Assembly (NCBI GenBank): GCA_963718615.1 | Contig: OY970368.1 | Span: 3,744,001-3,808,000 of the forward strand | Reading direction: 5' to 3' | Source: an uncultured cyanobacterium | GTDB lineage: Bacteria > Cyanobacteriota > Cyanobacteriia > PCC-9006 > JAAUQQ01 | Length of the DNA: 64,000 nucleotides | Translations under genes and position numbers: made by a program | The notes under the pieces: generated by a model | Told to the model about the DNA's origin: nothing | Databases searched by the model: none | What the model saw: the letters and a program-made list of their open reading frames with translations, nothing else | Shown: one piece after another, positions 19,018 to 29,326 of the stretch | Position numbering within the stretch: position 1 is the first letter of the stretch | Layout of the letters: the number at the start of each line of letters is the position of its first letter

Positions 19018-20036
19018 AGGCCAGATAACACCAGTTTGCCAATGGTATCGCCTGCTTCTAATTTGGCATGAGCCCGCGCTAAATTCGTGGGGTTCAAGGG
19101 TCCTAAATGCTCCGTCAACGTTGTGCGAATTGTACCGCGATCGGCTAGGTCTGCAATTTGATTGAGTAAGTCATGTTGCGATTCCATATCCTCTGTTTCA
19201 TACATCGCCTTAGTAAACATAAACTCCCAGGCAAACGTCGCGCTTTTGTTTTTGAGTAAATCCAGATTGAGGGGGTCTTTATTGCCCACAATCGAGCAAA
19301 TCTGTCCCTGGGGTTTGATGCAATCCGCCAGGTTTTGCCAATGCTGATCGGTGCTGCCACAACAAAAGATGTAATCGACCCAGGGAAGCTGCAATTTGCG
19401 GAGCTGCTCGGCGAGGGGTTCATGGTGGTTAATGCATTCGTCAGCCCCCAGACGTTTGCACCAGGCGATCGTCTCGGGACGGGAAGCCGTGGCAATCACC
19501 TGAAGCCCTGCAACTTGTTTCGCCAACTGAATCGCAATGGATCCTACACCGCCTGCTCCGTTGATGATCAACAGCCAGCGGTTCCGCTGCTCAGGGGTTT
19601 TGTTCGGTTCAATCCGCAATCGCTCAAACAACGCTTCCCAGGCTGTAATGCTGGTCAGGGGTAACGCCGCCGCCTGCTCAAAGCTTAAACTTTCCGGTTT
19701 ACGACCGACAATGCGTTCATCCACGAGCTGTAGCTCAGCATTGCAGCCGGGGCGAGTCACGCTGCCCGCATAGAACACTGCATCCCCCACCTGAAACAGC
19801 AAAGTTGAGGGACCAACCGCTTCCACGATACCAGCGGCATCCCAGCCGAGAATACGAGGAATCTCCTGAAGCGCTCGCAGGGACGATCGCACCTTATAGT
19901 CAATGGGATTTACCGCCACCGCCTTCACCCGGACCCGCAGTTCTCGGCCTTGGGGCTCGGGAATCTCCACCTCAAACTCGGAGAAACAATCGGGGTCAGG
20001 GGTAGGTCGGGATTGGTAAACGCCAAGGGCTTTCAT
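19014..20036 (-). CDS. Zinc-binding alcohol dehydrogenase/quinone reductase family protein
   Basis: AVNPIDYKVR, LGWDAAG, GAGGVGSIAIQLA, FAWEFMFT. Confidence 0.92.
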   Translation of the reverse strand: MKALGVYQSRPTPDPDCFSEFEVEIPEPQGRELRVRVKAVAVNPIDYKVRSSLRALQEIPRILGWDAAGIVEAVGPSTLLFQVGDAVFYAGSVTRPGCNAELQLVDERIVGRKPESLSFEQAAALPLTSITAWEALFERLRIEPNKTPEQRNRWLLIINGAGGVGSIAIQLAKQVAGLQVIATASRPETIAWCKRLGADECINHHEPLAEQLRKLQLPWVDYIFCCGSTDQHWQNLADCIKPQGQICSIVGNKDPLNLDLLKNKSATFAWEFMFTKAMYETEDMESQHDLLNQIADLADRGTIRTTLTEHLGPLNPTNLARAHAKLEAGDTIGKLVLSGL

Positions 20037-20076
20037 GGTCAGGGAGGGGCGATCGCCCCATGGAAAGGCTAAAGAA

Positions 20077-20931
20077 CTACTCAAATCCTACCGGAGAGCG
20101 GTCCGACAGGGGGAAAGGAACGGCAAGACGGCGGATGAGGGCTACGTCTACCCAGGGATGGGGCCAAGGATGGGGCCAAGGATGGGGCCAATCTTCGAGC
20201 CCAAGGCCAGCAGCGGTTCCTCCGAGGATTTTGCAGGGGCGATCGCCCTCTCCCAAATGGTTCACGACTAAGACCGCAGCGGCAAAATCCTCATGTTGGG
20301 TATAGCCATTCACGGTAATCAGCGTCGTCAAACCGGCGGCGCGGGCCGCTTGTAGGCCGGGTTTGGAATCTTCGATGGCGAGACAGGCGGCGGCGGGTAA
20401 ATCGAGTTGCTGAAGAACGTATTGATAAATATCCGGGGCAGGCTTTTTGGCGGGAACAATGTCGCCAGCGGCAATGACTTCAAACCACTGGGCTGCATCG
20501 GGGGCGAGGGTATGGATGAGGGCGAGGGCGTTGGGGAGGGCGCTGGTGGTAGCGATCGCCAATCGTATCCCCGCTGCGCGACAGTCCTGCAAGAGTCGCA
20601 ACACACCGGGACGGGGTGGAATGTCACCTTGGTCAATGCGTTGCTGATAGAACTGGGTTTTGGATTGGTGCAGTTGGCGGATGAAGGCGTCGAGTGCGGG
20701 AGCCTCGGGGTCGAGCCCTGGAGGAAGGGAGGGCTGAGCGCTGTGGATATAGTGACGGATGCGCTCTTTGCCACCGCCAATAGCGAGCAGTTGACCGTAG
20801 CGACTTTCGGACCAAACCCAGTCGAGCCCCGCTGCGGCGAAGGCTTGATTAAAGGCAACGCGGTGGCCATCCCGTTCGTTGTCGGCGAGGGTACCATCCA
20901 CATCGAAGATCAGGGCCTGGGGGAAGTTCAT
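20077..20931 (-). CDS. cbbY: HAD hydrolase, CbbY-like
   Basis: FDVDGTLAD.ERDGHRVAFN, GGGKER, KKPAPDIY, IEDS. Confidence 0.85.
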   Translation of the reverse strand: MNFPQALIFDVDGTLADNERDGHRVAFNQAFAAAGLDWVWSESRYGQLLAIGGGKERIRHYIHSAQPSLPPGLDPEAPALDAFIRQLHQSKTQFYQQRIDQGDIPPRPGVLRLLQDCRAAGIRLAIATTSALPNALALIHTLAPDAAQWFEVIAAGDIVPAKKPAPDIYQYVLQQLDLPAAACLAIEDSKPGLQAARAAGLTTLITVNGYTQHEDFAAAVLVVNHLGEGDRPCKILGGTAAGLGLEDWPHPWPHPWPHPWVDVALIRRLAVPFPLSDRSPVGFE

Positions 20932-21030
20932 GGTGCAAGGGCGGTCTAGTTCAAAGTTTTATATTAGGGATTTTTCGTTAAGATGAGGGCGGTTTGTACA
21001 AGTTCAATCCTTATCGTCCCCAGCAGCCCC

Positions 21031-21684
21031 ATGACCCTTAGCTTTGCAGCTCCCGATCAGGTGATTGCCCGTCTCCAGTGGCGTTATGCGGTCAAGCAGT
21101 TTGACCCGACCCAGAAAATTCCCGATGGCCTTTGGGATGCGATCGAAGCGGCTTTGGTCTTAAGCCCTTCTTCATTTGGTCTACAACCCTGGAAATTTTT
21201 TGTGATTCGCAATGCTGAATTGCGGAATCAGTTGCTGCCCCATTCTTCCAATCAAACCCAGGTGGTGGATGCGTCTCATTTGGTGGTGTTGGCGGTGAAA
21301 CAAAATTTGGGTGCTGGGGATGTCGATCGCTATATCCAATCCATAGCTCAAATTCGCCAGACCCCCATCGAGGCGTTGGAAGACTTTGGCAATTTAATGA
21401 AGGGCTTTTTGGCGGACCCCCAACGGGATACGGATGCCTGGGCCAGACGCCAGGTTTATATTGCCCTGGGTCAGTTGCTGACGACAGCGGCGATGCTGGG
21501 GGTGGATGCTTGTCCGATGGAGGGCTTTACGCCTGCGAAATACGATGAAATCCTAGGGCTCGATCAGATGGGCTATGCCTCGCTGGTGATTTGTCCCGTG
21601 GGCTATCGGGCGGCGGATGATCCCTATGCGTCTTTGGCGAAGGTGCGGTTTGCGCGGGGGGAGATGGTGCAGCATCTAGGGTAG
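21031..21684 (+). CDS. Nitroreductase family NAD(P)H oxidoreductase
   Basis: WRYAVKQFD, SPSSFGLQPW, DACPMEGF, KVRF. Confidence 0.92.
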   Translation: MTLSFAAPDQVIARLQWRYAVKQFDPTQKIPDGLWDAIEAALVLSPSSFGLQPWKFFVIRNAELRNQLLPHSSNQTQVVDASHLVVLAVKQNLGAGDVDRYIQSIAQIRQTPIEALEDFGNLMKGFLADPQRDTDAWARRQVYIALGQLLTTAAMLGVDACPMEGFTPAKYDEILGLDQMGYASLVICPVGYRAADDPYASLAKVRFARGEMVQHLG

Positions 21685-21828
21685 GCGTAAAGGGGTAAAC
21701 ACATGATTTATCCCTCTAGAGCTCTTTTCAGCAGTTGTCTGCACTGATTGCCAATGTATTGCTTGCAGCCTGATATTTCTGAAGTTTTCCCGTAAAATTG
21801 CGGAAGTATTTGCCTCACAGGAGCAGCA

Positions 21829-24800
21829 ATGGTCGGTAATGTCGGGAAATCATGGCTGCGGGCTAAAATGCCTTTGTCTGTAGGCTTAGGGCTAGCAGCA
21901 ACGTTGCTGGAAGGGCAGATTGGATTCGCTCAGGTTCAAAGCGACGGCTCCCTAGGGACGTTGGTTAATAATTCACTCACGGAGGCTTGCTTGGGGGTCT
22001 GTACGGTCACGGGGGGGGCTAATCCTCAAAATGGACCCAACCTCTTCCAGAGTTTTCGACAGTTTTCATTGGCTGGGGGTGATACGACGCAGTTTGTGGT
22101 CGAGCCCACAACGCAAAATCTGCTGGTGCGGGTAACGGGCCTTGGGGCTGATTTTGTTTCTAATATCAATGGCACGATCCAGGCGGTAGACGGTGGGTTG
22201 ATGCAAAGCCAACCGGTGAATTTATTTTTTATCAATCCTAATGGCATCGTGTTTGGACCGGCCTCAAAGTTGGAGATGGGAGGCTCGGTTTTAGCTACAA
22301 CGGCGGAGCGAATGCAGTTTGCGGATGGGGCGGTGTTTTCGGCAGGGCAGGTGGCCCAGGGAGCGCCGCTGTTGACGGTGAGTTCGCCGATGGGATTACA
22401 GATGGGGGCGCAAGCGGGGGATGTGCGGCTGGAGGCGGTGGATTGGTTGGGGGGCGATCGCAATCTAGTCGGGTTCACGTACAAAAACCTGGCCTTGGTC
22501 GGTGGCAAGGTGGATATCGAGAATGGACAGATTTGGGGGTTGGGTGGAGAGGTGGCGATCGCGGCGATCGCCCCCTTCGGCAACGTCAACCTGGACCTCG
22601 ACGGTAGACTGTCTCTCCCAGATAGCGCCCAACGTAGCAATGTCGCCATCCAGAACTCCCGAATCATCCTCCTTGGGGATGGGGAAAGAGACTTGGAGGT
22701 AACCGCTCAACGCATTGATCTCAATGGCGTAACTTTCATCACAGGCCGCTTTTCAGGCATTGCAGTCCCTGAGAATCCGCTGGATGCGATTCGGCTGGAT
22801 GCGTCAGAGGCGATCGTCCTAGTTGCCAATTCTGTGGTGAGCGATACGACCTTAGAAGGCAATGCCCCCTCGGGAGGAATCCGAGTGATAACAGGCTTTT
22901 TGGACCTGCAGGGGGGTAGTCAAATCTTGACGAGTAATGTGAGTTCGGGCCAGCCTGGTGAAATCAGAATTACAGCCACGGAAGGGGTGCGGCTGCAAGG
23001 GCTTAGGGCAGATGGGCTGACATCCAGTAGCATTAGAAGCCTCTTTTCAGGCGCTGGCGGCAAATCTAGCAATATTGTGATTGGAACCTCCAAGTTGGAA
23101 GTTTTGGAGGGTGCCCAATTTTTTACACAGACGACGGGTGCAGGAGATGCGGGGGATATTCAAATTACGGCGAGTGATTCGATTGTGTTGCAGGGGCAGG
23201 GACGTGCCAATCTTCCCACCAGTATTGGCAGCCAAGTGGGTCGTGATGCGGAGGGGAACGGCGGCAATCTCAGCTTCAACACTGCAAGCCTAGAAGTCCT
23301 AGATGGGGCTCAGATTGGGTCACTGCTCTTTGGCAAAGGCCAGGCTGGAGATGTTGAAATCACCGCCGATCGCATTCTTGTACAAGGTGAAGCGTTGGAT
23401 GGGACTAGCGCCAGCTCGATTAGCACCGCCATCCAGCCCAGCGGCCAGGGGACCGGAAGCGATGTGCGTATCCGCACAGCCGTGCTGGAATTGCTGGATG
23501 GCGGGCAAATTTCGGCCTCTACGATTGGCATTGGCAATGCCGGGGCGGTGAACATTCGGGCGAGCAATTCCGTTCGTTTGCAGGGTGAGCTACTGGATGG
23601 TAGTAGCAACAGTGGGATTGGCAGCGATGTCCAAGTGGGCGCACAGGGGGCAGGGGGCGAAGTCTTGATCGAAACCCCACTGCTAGAGGTGTTGGATGGG
23701 GCTACCATTTCCGCTTCGACTTTTGGAGTAGGTAATGCAGGCCAGCTTAGAATTCGGACCGGTGCCTCTGCCGGTTTTGACCAAGCGGGGCGGGTTCGCG
23801 TCCAGGGAAGGAATCGGGCGAATGACAATTCCAGCCTGATTTCCAGTAGCGTTCAAGAAGCGGGGCGGGGGACAGGGGGAGAAGTAGAGATTGATACCGG
23901 GGTGCTAGAGGTCTTGGAGGGAGGACAAATTTCTGCATTTACCCAAGGGATTGGTGATGCGGGGAATTTGAAGATTCGGGCGAGCGATCGCATCCTCCTC
24001 CAGGGCAGCCGCGATCTAGCAACCCAGCAAACCACGATTTCAGCAAACGTCTCATCCGAGGCCCAAGGCAATGGGGGAAGCTTGCAGATCGATACCTCAA
24101 TTCTTGAGGTACTCGACGGTGGCCAGATCGGAGCAATCACCTTTGGCCAAGGCAATGCAGGCAATATCGAGATTACCGCTCGCAAGTCTGCGCGATTTGA
24201 TGGGATTAGCTTCGATGGATTTCCCAGCGGGGCCTTTAGTTCTGTCGAAGAAGCTGCGACAGGTCAGGGCGGAGATCTCGTTGTGGAAACACCAGTTTTG
24301 GAAGTGCTAACGGGTGCCGCATTGGGCGTGAGTACCTTTGGCCAGGGGGATGCGGGGACGATGCGGCTGAATGTCAGTGAGCGGATTTTGATCGCTGGGA
24401 GCGATCGCCTGGGTTTACCCTCGATTGCTGGTGGGTCTAATTCGCGGTTATCGACTGGAAAAGCGGGCAGCCTCCAAATCACGACCCCCCAACTCACTGT
24501 AACCGATGGCGGGGTTGTTGAGACAAGCACCTCGAATAGTCAGCCGGGTGGCGAGATCATCCTCGCCCTGGGTCGCCTAGACCTACTGAATGGCGGCCAA
24601 ATCGCCAATAATTCAGATGGTGGTTCTGGCCCTGCTGGCAGCATCCAGATCACCGCCACAGAGGGAATTACCATCGCTGGGACGGATCCAACCTTTGCCA
24701 ACCGGGCGCAGCTCGATAGCCGTATCTCACTGTTCTACTTGCCTGAGAGCACGATCGCTGTCCGCTCCACCGGTACCGGAGCCGCTGGGGATTTGGCTCT

Positions 24801-25602
24801 GAATACTCCAATTCTCATCCTGGGCGATCGCGGCCAACTCATCGCCGATTCCAACACAACCACTGGTGGCAACCTCAACCTCAACCTCGACCAAGCCTTG
24901 ATGATGGAAAAGGATAGCTTAATCAGTGCAACAGCCGGTCGTGCCCAAGGTTCTGGTAACGGGGGGAACATTACAATCAATGCTCCCTTTGTACTAAGTT
25001 TCCCCAACAACAATAGCGATATCCTTGCTAATGCCTTTAGTGGCACAGGAGGCAACATTACTATCGACTCGGAAGCCATTCTTAACTTTCAGTTGCAAAG
25101 CGAACCGAACATTGAAGCCTTGAGACGTAATCTCACCAACGATATCAGCGCCAGCTCCCAACTGGGCAATAGTGGCCTGCTCAACCTTGCTGGACTCAAT
25201 GTTGATCCGAGCCAAGGAACATCCCAGATTCGCCTATCCCCTCCGCTCACCAGCACCGTTGATCGAACCTGTTCCAACCAAACCATAGCAAACAATCGTT
25301 TTGTCCTGACTGGACGTAGCGGCCTACCACTCAGTCCCGACGATCCCCCCTCTCCTCTCTCGACACAGGTGGGATGGGTTCCATTACCCGGTTCTTTTAG
25401 CGTAACTCCAGTCTCTTCCGTATTGCCAGTTCTCACATCAGGATCTCACCCCGATCGCACGTCTCCCGTTGAGGCCGATCGCTGGCAACAAAATGCCATG
25501 GGCGAGGTCGTTCTTATGGATCAAGAGACTAAACCACTACCCACTTCACAGGTTAGCTGTGGGTTGCTGACGAAAATTGATCAAGACCTTGATTCTCGCT
25601 GA
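21829..25602 (+). CDS. Filamentous hemagglutinin family (TpsA-like) exoprotein
   Basis: Signal peptide, TPS motifs NLFQSF, SNINGTI, NLFFINPNGIVFG; internal repeats LEVLDGGQISASTxGxGNAG; C-terminal FVLTGRSGLP. Confidence 0.88.
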   Translation: MVGNVGKSWLRAKMPLSVGLGLAATLLEGQIGFAQVQSDGSLGTLVNNSLTEACLGVCTVTGGANPQNGPNLFQSFRQFSLAGGDTTQFVVEPTTQNLLVRVTGLGADFVSNINGTIQAVDGGLMQSQPVNLFFINPNGIVFGPASKLEMGGSVLATTAERMQFADGAVFSAGQVAQGAPLLTVSSPMGLQMGAQAGDVRLEAVDWLGGDRNLVGFTYKNLALVGGKVDIENGQIWGLGGEVAIAAIAPFGNVNLDLDGRLSLPDSAQRSNVAIQNSRIILLGDGERDLEVTAQRIDLNGVTFITGRFSGIAVPENPLDAIRLDASEAIVLVANSVVSDTTLEGNAPSGGIRVITGFLDLQGGSQILTSNVSSGQPGEIRITATEGVRLQGLRADGLTSSSIRSLFSGAGGKSSNIVIGTSKLEVLEGAQFFTQTTGAGDAGDIQITASDSIVLQGQGRANLPTSIGSQVGRDAEGNGGNLSFNTASLEVLDGAQIGSLLFGKGQAGDVEITADRILVQGEALDGTSASSISTAIQPSGQGTGSDVRIRTAVLELLDGGQISASTIGIGNAGAVNIRASNSVRLQGELLDGSSNSGIGSDVQVGAQGAGGEVLIETPLLEVLDGATISASTFGVGNAGQLRIRTGASAGFDQAGRVRVQGRNRANDNSSLISSSVQEAGRGTGGEVEIDTGVLEVLEGGQISAFTQGIGDAGNLKIRASDRILLQGSRDLATQQTTISANVSSEAQGNGGSLQIDTSILEVLDGGQIGAITFGQGNAGNIEITARKSARFDGISFDGFPSGAFSSVEEAATGQGGDLVVETPVLEVLTGAALGVSTFGQGDAGTMRLNVSERILIAGSDRLGLPSIAGGSNSRLSTGKAGSLQITTPQLTVTDGGVVETSTSNSQPGGEIILALGRLDLLNGGQIANNSDGGSGPAGSIQITATEGITIAGTDPTFANRAQLDSRISLFYLPESTIAVRSTGTGAAGDLALNTPILILGDRGQLIADSNTTTGGNLNLNLDQALMMEKDSLISATAGRAQGSGNGGNITINAPFVLSFPNNNSDILANAFSGTGGNITIDSEAILNFQLQSEPNIEALRRNLTNDISASSQLGNSGLLNLAGLNVDPSQGTSQIRLSPPLTSTVDRTCSNQTIANNRFVLTGRSGLPLSPDDPPSPLSTQVGWVPLPGSFSVTPVSSVLPVLTSGSHPDRTSPVEADRWQQNAMGEVVLMDQETKPLPTSQVSCGLLTKIDQDLDSR

Positions 25603-25616
25603 GGTGCATATTCAGT

Positions 25617-26189
25617 CTAAGCCAACAGCCAGCCAAATAATTCTTCCACCGTCAGCTCTAAACCCGACGCCCAATCGGGAACCGGCAGGCGATCGCCCGA
25701 CTGTTCAAAACTGCGCGATCGCCCATCCTGAGGCGAAGCCACCACCGACCTTTCCTCCGGGTCCAACAACCAGCCCATCTGACATCCATGGTCGAGACAA
25801 TGGAGGATATTCTTAGCGACCTTCTTGTAGTCTTGATTCGGCGACAAAATCTCGATCGTCCAGTCAGGAGCCCTCAGCACCGCATTGGCAATTTCACCAG
25901 ACTCATCTAAAGGAACATTCTTCTGTTGCAGCACCACAATATCTGGAACAACTGAGCGACCCCCAAACGTGCAGCGAAGCTCTGGAAACGCTTCAGCCGT
26001 TGCGGCAGGGAGGACAATGGATTCAATTTTATAAATGAGTCGTTTTTGGAGGCGGCTGTGTTTTCCCTGGGGCATGGGCTTCTGAATGATTTGACCATCA
26101 ATGTATTCGCTAGCAGGCTTTGTCTCTGGCATCTGCAAGAATGCTTCTAGGGACAGCGGTTTGATAGGAGTTTGTACCATTGAATCCAT
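25617..26189 (-). CDS. Uma2 family endonuclease
   Basis: PETKPASEYIDG, KPMPQGKHS, FPELRCTF, PDWTIEILSP. Confidence 0.92.
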   Translation of the reverse strand: MDSMVQTPIKPLSLEAFLQMPETKPASEYIDGQIIQKPMPQGKHSRLQKRLIYKIESIVLPAATAEAFPELRCTFGGRSVVPDIVVLQQKNVPLDESGEIANAVLRAPDWTIEILSPNQDYKKVAKNILHCLDHGCQMGWLLDPEERSVVASPQDGRSRSFEQSGDRLPVPDWASGLELTVEELFGWLLA

Positions 26190-26276
26190 CCTTCGTTCTT
26201 CAACACCCACCTTTACTATTACTATATCGTGGGACTGTGCCCAGTCGCCAAACAGTCGAGTCACCCCTATTGCCCC

Positions 26277-26903
26277 CTATTGTTGACTGAGATAGGCGAT
26301 CGCCTCCCGAATCCAATCCTCCACATCAGCATTTTTTGCCAGACTAGTTTGCTGACCAACCGTAGCGATCGCCTCCATAATCTCTCGACTGCTATACCCC
26401 AACGCCAACAGCGTCATTTCCACATCCTCCTGAATCTCAGACACCGGCCCTGCCCCCGGAGACGTCAGCAACCCCACCGATTCTCGCCATTCCGCCAGTT
26501 TGGCCCGCAACTCTAGAGAAATTCGCTCAGCAGTCTTTTTGCCGACGCCGGGAGCTTGGGATAGAAGCCGTACATTATTGGAGACGATCGCCTGGACCAG
26601 CTCCTTCAATTCCAATGTGTTGAGCAGTGCAATCCCCGACTGCGCCCCAATGCCGCTAACGCTAATCAGTTGCCGAAACAAGTCACGCTCCGCGATCGAG
26701 CCAAAGCCATAGAGCGTCCACTGGTCTTCCCGCACCTGGAGGTGGATAAACAGTTGACACTCCTGCCCCGCAGCGGGAATCTCGGGCATGAGGCGCGGCA
26801 CAATTTGGATTTCGTAGCCGACCCCGCTGACATTGAGCAACAAAATAACGCGATTATTGAGGCGCTGAACGCCTGCGACGGTGCCTTGGAGAAAACCGAT
26901 CAT
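26277..26903 (-). CDS. ruvA: Holliday junction branch migration protein RuvA
   Basis: MIGFLQG, GVGYEI, VREDQWTLYGF, HhH motifs VSGIG and PGVGKKTAERI. Confidence 0.96.
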   Translation of the reverse strand: MIGFLQGTVAGVQRLNNRVILLLNVSGVGYEIQIVPRLMPEIPAAGQECQLFIHLQVREDQWTLYGFGSIAERDLFRQLISVSGIGAQSGIALLNTLELKELVQAIVSNNVRLLSQAPGVGKKTAERISLELRAKLAEWRESVGLLTSPGAGPVSEIQEDVEMTLLALGYSSREIMEAIATVGQQTSLAKNADVEDWIREAIAYLSQQ

Positions 26904-26983
26904 AGAAATGGAGAACGCAAAGGAATAGTAGAGCTCAAAGTCATGATTTAAAATTGCGGTATTGTTTGCGATTGCCCCTTCCC

Positions 26984-27370
26984 ATGACCCAAGTCAAAAT
27001 CTACGGGCTAAAAGCCCAGCTCAACCCCATTAAAGCACAGCTTTCTGAAATCATTCACGCCTGTGTCGTCACAGCGCTTCAGTACCCGTCGGATAAACGC
27101 GCCCATCGTTTCTTTCCCCTTGAATCTGAGGATTTTTTCTATCCGGCTGGGCGGAGCGATCGCTATACAATCCTAGAATTTAGCATGTTTGAAGGTCGCA
27201 CCACCGCCGCTAAAAAACAACTGATTCGACTCCTGTTTGAGCAAGTTCAATCCTTAGGAATTACACCCCAGGATTTAGAAATTACTATTTTTGAAACACC
27301 TCAGCACAACTGGGGCTTTCGAGGCTTACCTGGCGATGAGCATGCCTTGAATTACAAGGTCAATGTCTAG
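26984..27370 (+). CDS. Tautomerase superfamily protein lacking N-terminal Pro
   Basis: MTQVKIYG...YPSDKRAHRF...MFEGRT..AKKQLI...ETPQHNWGFRG, a beta-alpha-beta pattern. Confidence 0.8.
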   Translation: MTQVKIYGLKAQLNPIKAQLSEIIHACVVTALQYPSDKRAHRFFPLESEDFFYPAGRSDRYTILEFSMFEGRTTAAKKQLIRLLFEQVQSLGITPQDLEITIFETPQHNWGFRGLPGDEHALNYKVNV

Positions 27371-27505
27371 GTCAATCACTGGCGGACCGTGAAACAAAGC
27401 AGGGAAGCTGTAAAGAAATATTGCAGGTTTTCTAAAAAATGCCATTTTGGCATCTTCTTCCATAACCCTTGTCCTTCAATAGGGTAGACCCTGGAGGAGA
27501 AGCTC

Positions 27506-27976
27506 ATGCAGCCTAATCTACCGATCGCCCTCTTCGAAAAAGTTAAAGAGTTTTTGGTTCGTTTGGTCAAAGATCAAGCCTTTGTCACCCAGCTTCAAGG
27601 CACCCCCCCCGATACCGTTCAGCAAACCCTAGAATCCCTCGGCTACAGCTTCACCAAAGAGGAGCTAGAATCCGCCACAATTGAAATTCTAGACCTGAAG
27701 GAACGGGGCGAATTTCACGAGCTGACTAGCGAAGAATTGACCGGTGCCGTAGGGGGACTCCTCCTGCGTTATCCAATCATTCAGCCCATGTATGGTGTGA
27801 TTATTGATCCGCCCATTGGCCGACGGCCCAGACCTCGTCCCTGGAAACCGCCCATCGATCCGACACCGGCTCCAGTTCCCATCGACCCAATTGTCCAGCC
27901 CATGTACGGTGTCGTGATTGAGCCGCCCATTGATATTCAGCCCATGTATGGCGTGATTATCGATACCTCGTTTTAG
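27506..27976 (+). CDS. Nif11-type leader RiPP precursor (PlpA-like) with three XYG cores
   Basis: Leader KEFLVRLVKD..F...GYSFTKEELE...ELTSEELTGAVGG (double Gly); core has QPMYGV three times; GGAGGAG RBS. Confidence 0.92.
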   Translation: MQPNLPIALFEKVKEFLVRLVKDQAFVTQLQGTPPDTVQQTLESLGYSFTKEELESATIEILDLKERGEFHELTSEELTGAVGGLLLRYPIIQPMYGVIIDPPIGRRPRPRPWKPPIDPTPAPVPIDPIVQPMYGVVIEPPIDIQPMYGVIIDTSF

Positions 27977-28028
27977 TCACCGCTGCATCAACTGAATCCT
28001 TACAATTCCATCAATGGAGTAATGCGCC

Positions 28029-29300
28029 ATGGCCTATCGTCGCGTCAGCTATGCCGTTTGGGAGATTACGCTCAAATGCAACTTAGCCTGTAGCCATTGT
28101 GGTTCGCGAGCGGGTCAGGCGCGTCACGACGAACTCTCCACCGAAGAAGCCCTCGATCTGGTTCGTCAGATGGCGGAGGTGGGGATCAAAGAGGTGACAC
28201 TCATTGGCGGTGAGGCGTTTTTGCGATCGGACTGGTTGCAGATCGCCGAGGCAATCAACCAAGCGGGCATGCGCTGCACGATGACGACCGGTGGATTTGG
28301 CATTTCCCTGGACTTGGCCCGACGAATGAAGGCGGCGGGGATTGCCACCGTTTCTGTTTCCATTGATGGCTTAGCAACTACCCACGATCGCCTGCGGGGT
28401 CGTCCCGGCTCCTGGGATTCGGCCTTTCGCACAATGGGCCATTTGCGCGAAGTGGGCATTCCCTTTGGCTGCAATACCCAGCTCAATCGTTGGTCTGCTC
28501 CGGAGTTTCCCCGGATTTACGAATGCATCCGCGATGCCGGAGCTAGAGCTTGGCAAATTCAGCTCACGGTTCCCATGGGCAATGCGGCAGACAATGCAGA
28601 GATGCTTCTGCAACCGGCTGAATTACTAGAGCTCTATCCCATGATTGCCGAAGTGGCGCGGCGGTCCCAGACGGAGGGGGTTCAACTCCAACCTGGTAAT
28701 AACATTGGCTACTACGGTCCCTACGAACGGCTCCTGCGGGGGCGGGGCAAACCTGATGATTGGGTGTTTTGGCAGGGTTGTGCGGCGGGTCTAGCGACAC
28801 TGGGGATTGAGGCCGATGGCGCGATTAAGGGCTGTCCTTCGTTGCCGACAGCGGCCTATACAGGGGGGAACATTCGCGATCGCAATCTCCGCAGCATCAT
28901 CGAAGAAACCGAAGAACTCCGGTTCAATCTGGGTGCAGGCACCCCCGAGGGTACAGCTCATCTTTGGGGCTTTTGCCAAACCTGTGAATACGCCGAACTT
29001 TGCCGAGGCGGCTGCACCTGGACATCCCATGTCTTTTTCAATCGCCGGGGCAATAATCCCTACTGCCACCACCGGGCATTGGCCCAGGCAGAGCAGGGCC
29101 TCCGCGAACGGGTTGTACCCAAAACCATTGCGCCGGGATTGCCCTTTGATAATGGGGAGTTTGCCATGGTCGAAGAGCCCCTAGAGGCCCCTTGGCCGGA
29201 AGCCGATGAATTACATTTTACGAGCGATCGCATCCAGTGGCCAGCAGGCTGGTTTGTCGAGCCGAAGGTAGACCCGAAAGTGGAAGCGATCGCCCAATAA
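28029..29300 (+). CDS. Radical SAM/SPASM peptide maturase, splicease (PlpX-like)
   Basis: CNLACSHC rSAM motif; SPASM cysteines CAAG...KGCPSL...CQTC..AELCRGGC...NNPYC; adjacent to the Nif11 XYG precursor. Confidence 0.9.
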   Translation: MAYRRVSYAVWEITLKCNLACSHCGSRAGQARHDELSTEEALDLVRQMAEVGIKEVTLIGGEAFLRSDWLQIAEAINQAGMRCTMTTGGFGISLDLARRMKAAGIATVSVSIDGLATTHDRLRGRPGSWDSAFRTMGHLREVGIPFGCNTQLNRWSAPEFPRIYECIRDAGARAWQIQLTVPMGNAADNAEMLLQPAELLELYPMIAEVARRSQTEGVQLQPGNNIGYYGPYERLLRGRGKPDDWVFWQGCAAGLATLGIEADGAIKGCPSLPTAAYTGGNIRDRNLRSIIEETEELRFNLGAGTPEGTAHLWGFCQTCEYAELCRGGCTWTSHVFFNRRGNNPYCHHRALAQAEQGLRERVVPKTIAPGLPFDNGEFAMVEEPLEAPWPEADELHFTSDRIQWPAGWFVEPKVDPKVEAIAQ

Positions 29301-29326
29301 ACAGAATTTCATTAACGCCCAACGCC

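Noticed and set aside
23000-24600. Repetitive DNA in the hemagglutinin gene as a mobile or repeat element
   Set aside because: Explained by degenerate protein repeats
27770-27965. Repeated CAGCCCATGTA(T/C)GG units as a possible CRISPR array
   Set aside because: Irregular spacing, in-frame coding repeats with synonymous changes, no cas genes
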